A stretch of 63,312 nucleotides of DNA, filler included, from Ministeria vibrans ATCC 50519 (Eukaryota; Protista; Filasterea), in NCBI GenBank assembly GCA_943704425.1. It is 11 parts of 11 records of this genome, joined end to end, with 100 filler letters (N's around TTAATTAATTAA, not from the genome) between each part and the next. Parts side by side here need not be neighbours in the genome. Positions count along the whole stretch, not along the records: positions 42,394 to 59,942 come from CALSCP010001655.1; positions 60,043 to 61,350 come from CALSCP010000090.1; positions 61,451 to 63,312 come from CALSCP010002808.1; 8 more parts are not named here. One strand, given 5' to 3'. Under the pieces are notes generated by a model. The model was not told the DNA's origin. It ran no database searches and saw only the letters and a program-made list of their open reading frames with translations. Both the position numbers and the translations under genes were made by a program. Positions within the stretch are counted from its first letter, which is position 1, and each line of letters opens with the position of its first letter. Shown here one piece after another: positions 57,355 to 63,312 of the stretch.

Positions 57355-59817
57355 TATGATTTGCATGCAGAAAGCGCACTTGTTTGATACCTCTAACATA
57401 AGATCATCTGCACTGGGCTGACCATCCACCTTGGGCTCCAGCGACGCAAGCACAAATGGCAGCAGTGCATACGTCTTCATCAGCTTCTCATGATCAAATT
57501 CGCTCATGGTCATGTTACCCAGTATTCCAATGATTTCAATCTGAATGGCTACAGAATATAATACAAATAAATCACAATCAATCAATCAAAGTGTCTTTTC
57601 TACCAATTTCATCGGTCTTCTGGAACAGTTTCATAAGCGGCTCAATAAATTCGGGAAACAGTTGCTTTGTGGGTCCGTCGTGTTCACTCAGTGTTCGGCC
57701 CAGTTTCAGCATCAGACTGTCTCGTTTCTTCACACCACGTTTGAGAATCTGCTTCAGATTTGTTCCCTTGTGAAAATACCAAACAATTAGTAATCTTAAT
57801 TGATTGAGTTGCTTTACAACTGTTGTTACTTGACAGAGAATCTGTGCGTTTCTTGCGTTGGTCGCCAAATTAATCAACAGAGCAATTTCAGGACCAGAGA
57901 CTAAATCAGACTCGGAGTGGAGAACGCGCGAGAGAATTGTGGAGAGACAATCAGTGTACGAGAACATGGACTAAAACAGTAGCATAATCAGTAACATCAC
58001 TCACACAATCTCACTTGCACTGTCACTGATCATACAATCTCCCACTCAACTCTCACTCAATATCACTCAATCTCACAAGCTCACCCAATTTTCCTCAAAC
58101 TCCCCTTGATCTCAAACATTCTCAGATACCCTCAGACTTAAGAGCCACTCATAAACTCACTAACCCTAACCCTAACCCTCTCTCTCTATCACTTTGTTTC
58201 TTTCTCCCTCCTCTCTCTCTATCACTTCGTTTTTTTCTCCCCCTTCTCTCTCTCTCTCTATCACTTTGTTCCTCTCTCTGTATCACTTCGTTTTTTTCTC
58301 CCTCCTCTCTCTCTCTCTAAATCGCTTTGTTTCTTTCTCCCTCCTCTCTATCTCTCTCTATCACTTTGTTCTTTCTCCCTTCTTCTCCTCTCCCTCCATC
58401 CTCTCTCCCTCCCTCCTCTCTTTCTCATTTACTCACTTTGTATCGATCGTCAATGCTCAAATGATACAGAATCGATATCGTCTCGTGCGGAAATGACTCA
58501 ATCAGTTTCACCAGTTTGACCATTATTCCACCCTGCCCAAAAAAAAAGACACAACACGGTCACTCAAAAAAAAAGCTTTCTTTTTCTCTCCATCCTTTCC
58601 GTACTTTGACCATTTGAGCTCTGAGCGATTTCCGAAACGAGAGATTCAGAGCCAAATCGAGTGCTGATTTGATCAACTCTGGACAATTCTCTGCTCCAAT
58701 ACAATCCACCAAAGAACCCAAAACGGATTCTGAGAGTGTTTCTCCGATTTTGGTTTTGCTCTCGAGCTGAAAAATGTTTTCCCGCATCACACTGAGCTTT
58801 TGAAGAAACGTCAGAACCAGAATCACAAGCTAAAAAAAGAGCAAGGAATGTTAGAACCTAGGAATCACAAGCTAGAAAACCATAAAATTAAAAATGTGTT
58901 ATTCTTCTTCTTCTGTCTCATTAATAAATGAGTTACCTTCTTCTTCTTCTTTTTCTTCTTCAATAATAATTATTACTGTTTCTCTTCTTCTTTAGTATTT
59001 TAAGCTACTGATTTGTACCTTTTCGTTTTTGCGTTTGAGCAGATTCACTAAATGCGGAATAATTCCTTTTGCTCTCATTTTCACTTCGACTGACAAATCT
59101 TCTGCCAAATTCAGTAACAGATTAACTCCCACAAACAAAAGCTGCTCCTAAACACGCAATATAACAGAGAGAGAATCAAAAAGTAAGAGAGTGACTCAGA
59201 GGATCAAATGGGAGTGGGTTTTCAAACCTGTTGTTCGATCATTTTCTCGTATGATTCTCTGTCTGATTCCAATTCTTCTCTTAGCATTTCCATTCGAGTG
59301 TGCTATAAAAAATAATGATGAATACAAAAGCAAAAAAAAGAAGGGTTACATTTGAGTTATAATTAGGGTTTGGGTTAGGATTAGGGCTACCCTTGTCAGA
59401 AGGGTCAGGACAAGTGTTTGTCAATGTAGAATTGTTTTAAGTGCTCCCCCCAACTCACCTTGAGCTTTTTAGCATTCTTGTTGAGCTCCGCTTCCTTTGC
59501 TCTCAGTTGCGCGTTCCACTGTTCAGCGCGACTCAACTCGGCACTGACTCGATTGAGTGTCATCAGTCCAACCTACAACACAATTATATTTAGAAGGAAC
59601 TACACACTGCGTAAAACACTCGATGACAACATGAACTCACTTGAAACTGACTGACACGCGGATGAAACTGCGAATAGTTTGAAAAGCAAAAGAAGACATA
59701 AACAATGTTGGTGACAAGCTCAAGGGACCTGCGTCCGTCGTCCCTCAGCACTCGCGACAGTGCTCCCAGCAAAGTCTCGTTCTGCGAAAGCCCTTCCAGG
59801 TTGTCCGCATTCTTTGC
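56429..59817 (-). CDS. KIFAP3: Kinesin-II associated protein KAP3, 5' truncated, multi-exon
   Basis: NETLLGALSRVLRDD...LELVTNIVYVFFCFS.YSQFH, LNLAED, LNAKQLDDEIVLQI, YLIDLMRDKN, WAEKIRHERFTWHNQQWL. Confidence 0.92.
58161..58179. repeat. Interstitial telomere-type (CCCTAA)n in intron
   Basis: TAACCCTAACCCTAACCCT; shorter or degenerate copies at 3959-3973 and 59362-59388. Confidence 0.7.
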
Positions 59818-59829
59818 CTAACATACACA

Positions 59830-59942
<113 letters not shown>

Positions 59943-60042
59943 NNNNNNNNNNNNNNNNNNNNNNNNNNNNNNNNNNNNNNNNNNNNTTAATTAATTAANN
60001 NNNNNNNNNNNNNNNNNNNNNNNNNNNNNNNNNNNNNNNNNN

Positions 60043-60148
<106 letters not shown>

Positions 60149-60234
60149 ATTTTGAAAATTATTTATATTTTTATTTATATTATATTATATATATATATTA
60201 TATTATATTTATATACTCACCTGGGATGGCACAG

Positions 60235-61317
60235 GGTACGACATGGAAGACGCCATGATTCTCAATAAACAGTCGGTCGAGCGTGGCTTTGGTGATGCGT
60301 TCATCCTCAAGAGTATGGTTGTCGATCTGGCCGACCAGAGTGCGCCCGGCGACCGCAAATGTTTTGGTGCACTCCACCAGGACGCACGCGTCGTCAAGGA
60401 GTACCTTGACCCCGACGGAATGCCCAAGGTCGGTTCGTATATCAGTCGGTACGCAGAGAGGGAGAGAAGAGGGAGAAGGAAGAAAATTAGTATGTGTGTG
60501 AGTGACTGACAGATTACGCTTGCGTGCCAACACAGGGGAAAGCCACTGTACGGAGTGATTGACAAGTTCACCAACAAGGGGTGGGTGCACATGTACACGG
60601 GCGACCCAGCCTACGTCGACACAGTGCGTCTTTTGCCCTCCACGAACCCATCCACTGCCTCTTAGTACGACATTTGTTCTTTTCCTTTTCTCTCTTGTCT
60701 CCCTTCTCATTGCCAACACATCTCTGTCTCTTCTTGTTTTCAGTGGTGCTACTCGTGCCATTATCCGTCTTCGCATCTGTCGTCGTCCGACCATTGGCGA
60801 TAAGTTTGCCAGTAGACACGGCCAAAAGGGAGTCTGTTCGCGTTTCCTTCCCGCTGAAGACATGCCAGTAAGGAAGAGAGCGAAAGAGAAGGAAGAGAAG
60901 TACAAAGTGATAGAGAGAAGAGAGAGACAGGAGAGAGAAAGATTCAAAGTGATAGAGAGGGAGAAAGAAACCAAGTGATAGAGAGATGATACGTGGTAAA
61001 TATTGTATGGAGAAGGGAAAGATTTTAGTGATAGAGAGAGACGGAGTGAACTCACAGTTTCTGTCCATTCCATGTGTGTAGTTCAGCGAAACAGGCATCA
61101 TTCCCGACATTGTGTTTAACCCTCACGGTTTCCCCTCGCGCATGACCATTGGAATGCTCATTGGTACACACACACACTGAACACGTTACTCATACACCCA
61201 CTCATCCGTCACTCTCGTATCCACCCACTCCCTGCAGAGAGCATGGCCGGCAAGAGTGCTGCCTCGTATGCTCGTTGCTTCGACTCCACTCCCTTCAAAT
61301 TCAGAGACGACAATCGG
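60235..61317 (+). CDS. POLR1B: RNA polymerase I second-largest subunit, internal fragment
   Basis: [65 protein letters not shown]. Confidence 0.9.
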
Positions 61318-61601
61318 TAAAGCATCTCTCGTTTTTTTTTTTTTTTTTTTNNNNNNNNNNNNNNNNNNNNNNNNNNNNNNNNNNNNNNNNNNNNTTAATT
61401 AATTAANNNNNNNNNNNNNNNNNNNNNNNNNNNNNNNNNNNNNNNNNNNNACAAGAAAAAAAAAAAAACCAAACAAACAAACAAACAAACAAACAAACAA
61501 ACAAACAAACAAACAAACAAACAAACAAAGTAGGAGAAGAAGAGAAAAAAAAAGTATATAAGAGTCAGCAACGCCCTTAGAAATCATTCATGATGACTTA
61601 C

Positions 61602-63275
61602 TTCCAATAAGAGTGCTCACAGCAAAATACACTGTCGAACCTGTGACGTCGGCTCCCAAAATCGTCTCTGGGCCGTCCACTTGCGACACCATGAAAGACG
61701 ATATGACTAGTGCGCGAGGCGACAGCACCATAATTCCAAAGTCGTCATCGACGGGTGTTGTGCCAAACAGCGTCCCAAAGTTGTGGACAGCCTGCCCCAC
61801 AATGACCACATTGCCGTTGCTCGAATCTTCCAGGATATAGTTCGGGATAAATTCGTCGAACGAATCCTTCAGACTTAGCGTGTTGTTTACCGCCCACACC
61901 TCCACATCAAACGCAATCACAAACTTGTCGGTGCTGTCTTGTGCGTCTGCCGTATACCCAATGTACAGCGTCGTGCCGTTGCGGTCCAACATCGACGAGT
62001 GGAACGTGTCGTCGTCCACGCTGGGTATCCGATACAGATTCACAAGGTCACCCGTCGCCGCGTCCAACTTGAGCAGCAACAGATCGGTAGTACCACCGGC
62101 GTACGCCGAGCCGTTGAACGTTCCGCCATCCGTCACAACAACAAGCAACAGCGAATTGTCACGCGCGTTGTACGACAGCGATTGTGCCGCTGCAAACTCC
62201 ACAAAGGACCCTGCTGCACCAACGTTGATGGCGTACGTCACGTCCATTGTGTCCGCCTGACTCATTCGCACCAACATCACGTCGCTCTTGCCCCCAAAGT
62301 ACTGTGTGGAAGCACTGAGAGCGCTGTCGATTTCGCCAGCGCATATCAGATCATTGTCAACCGTCACACACGCGGCAAACTCCCCCGCCGCAGGGAGAGT
62401 GCTGGCAAATTGCACCCCAACAGTTTCTCCAGACTCGTAGATAGGATTGTCGCACAGTGTGCCATTGAATCCAGACATACACGTGGAGCACTCTTCCGCA
62501 CCATTGACAGTTGCACACGTTACACAGTTGGTCGAGCATGGCGTGCAGTCCGACGATCCCAGCGGAGCGTAGCTGCCACTGGTACAGGCCGTACAGCTCG
62601 ACTGGCCCGCCTGCGACTGAAACGAGTCCGCGCCACACGGCAAGCAAAAGGCCGAGCCTGCGCCCGAGTAGTTGCCAGGGTCACACAACACGCATGTCGT
62701 CTGGTCCTCTTCAAACTGGTACGAGCCGGCAGTACACGCAAAACAATCCGAGCCCACACGCTTGCTTCCTGAAGCACACACAGTACAGTTGGCGCCGGTG
62801 TAGGGGAAAGCGCACGCACAGGTATAGTTGGACAGAGTGTTGATGCACGTTGCGTTGTTGGGGCACGGATTGGACGCACATGAGTTGACAATGTCGTCTA
62901 GTGCAAAGCGCGCCATGAACACCGCCTGCTGCGGGCCAACAGCGTTAAGAGTGCGCCCCCCAATCATGACATACCCATCGTGAGTCGCAAGAGGTGACCC
63001 TGCTGCCTCGATAGCTGTATTGTTAATGGTCGGCACACTGACGTTCTCAAAAAGCGCTACTTCTGTCGCTGTCAGATTGGCGTAGTAAATGGCCACTCCA
63101 CCCTGCGCCGCCCCTTGCGTCACGACCAACACCTGAGTCTCGGGGCTATATGACAATCCACCCGCACCCCCCGCGCTAATGTTCGTTCCAATAGACACAA
63201 GATTCGGGATGAGAAGCGTCGAAAACGCACGCGTGTTCCGGTTAAAGCTAAGCACATTGAATGTGTAAGAAGAAG
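61602..63275 (-). CDS. Internal exon of large extracellular protein (beta-propeller-like repeats, EGF, GCC2/3-like Cys repeats)
   Basis: CASNPCPNNATCIN...YTCAC EGF, C.AGSYQ/C.PGNYS repeats, GG.SD.LL.K. propeller-like motifs. Confidence 0.75.
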
Positions 63276-63312
63276 CTGCAAAAAAAAAAAAAAAAAAAAA
63301 AAAAAAATAAAA

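Noticed and set aside
60212-60234. ATACTCACCTGG similar to the U1 snRNA 5' end
   Set aside because: Lies at the branch-point/acceptor of an RPA2 intron and is followed by coding exon; no U1 body.

Overview
Compact, intron-rich eukaryotic genome, not prokaryotic. The window is an artificial concatenation of about 11 contigs joined by N-run/TTAATTAATTAA/N-run linkers, so adjacency across linkers is meaningless. Axonemal dynein, KAP3, a KLF/SP-type zinc finger, a CaV-beta-like guanylate-kinase domain, a GPS-motif protein and a TAO-like kinase suggest a flagellated unicellular holozoan-like protist (inference). I reconstructed about 34 complete or partial protein genes by reading splice sites by eye, plus an intron-containing tRNA-Asp and a decayed Mutator-like transposase. 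The most unexplained structure is in non-coding DNA. Two short motifs are dispersed across unrelated contigs in both orientations: A = (TC)n-TATCACTTTGTTTCTTTCTCCCTCC-(TC)n and B = (GAA)n-TACAACCCATTTATT. Two copies of B are flanked by 12-13 bp direct repeats, and one array of A is fused to (CCCTAA)n telomere-type repeats. This suggests a templated short-insertion process that seeds microsatellites and enlarges introns (hypothesis). Notable proteins include a two-pore channel with atypical filters and four EF-hands, a SPAR-repeat basic protein ending in CaaX, and a short secreted-type phytochelatin synthase. All gene calls rest on motifs I recognised, not on database searches.
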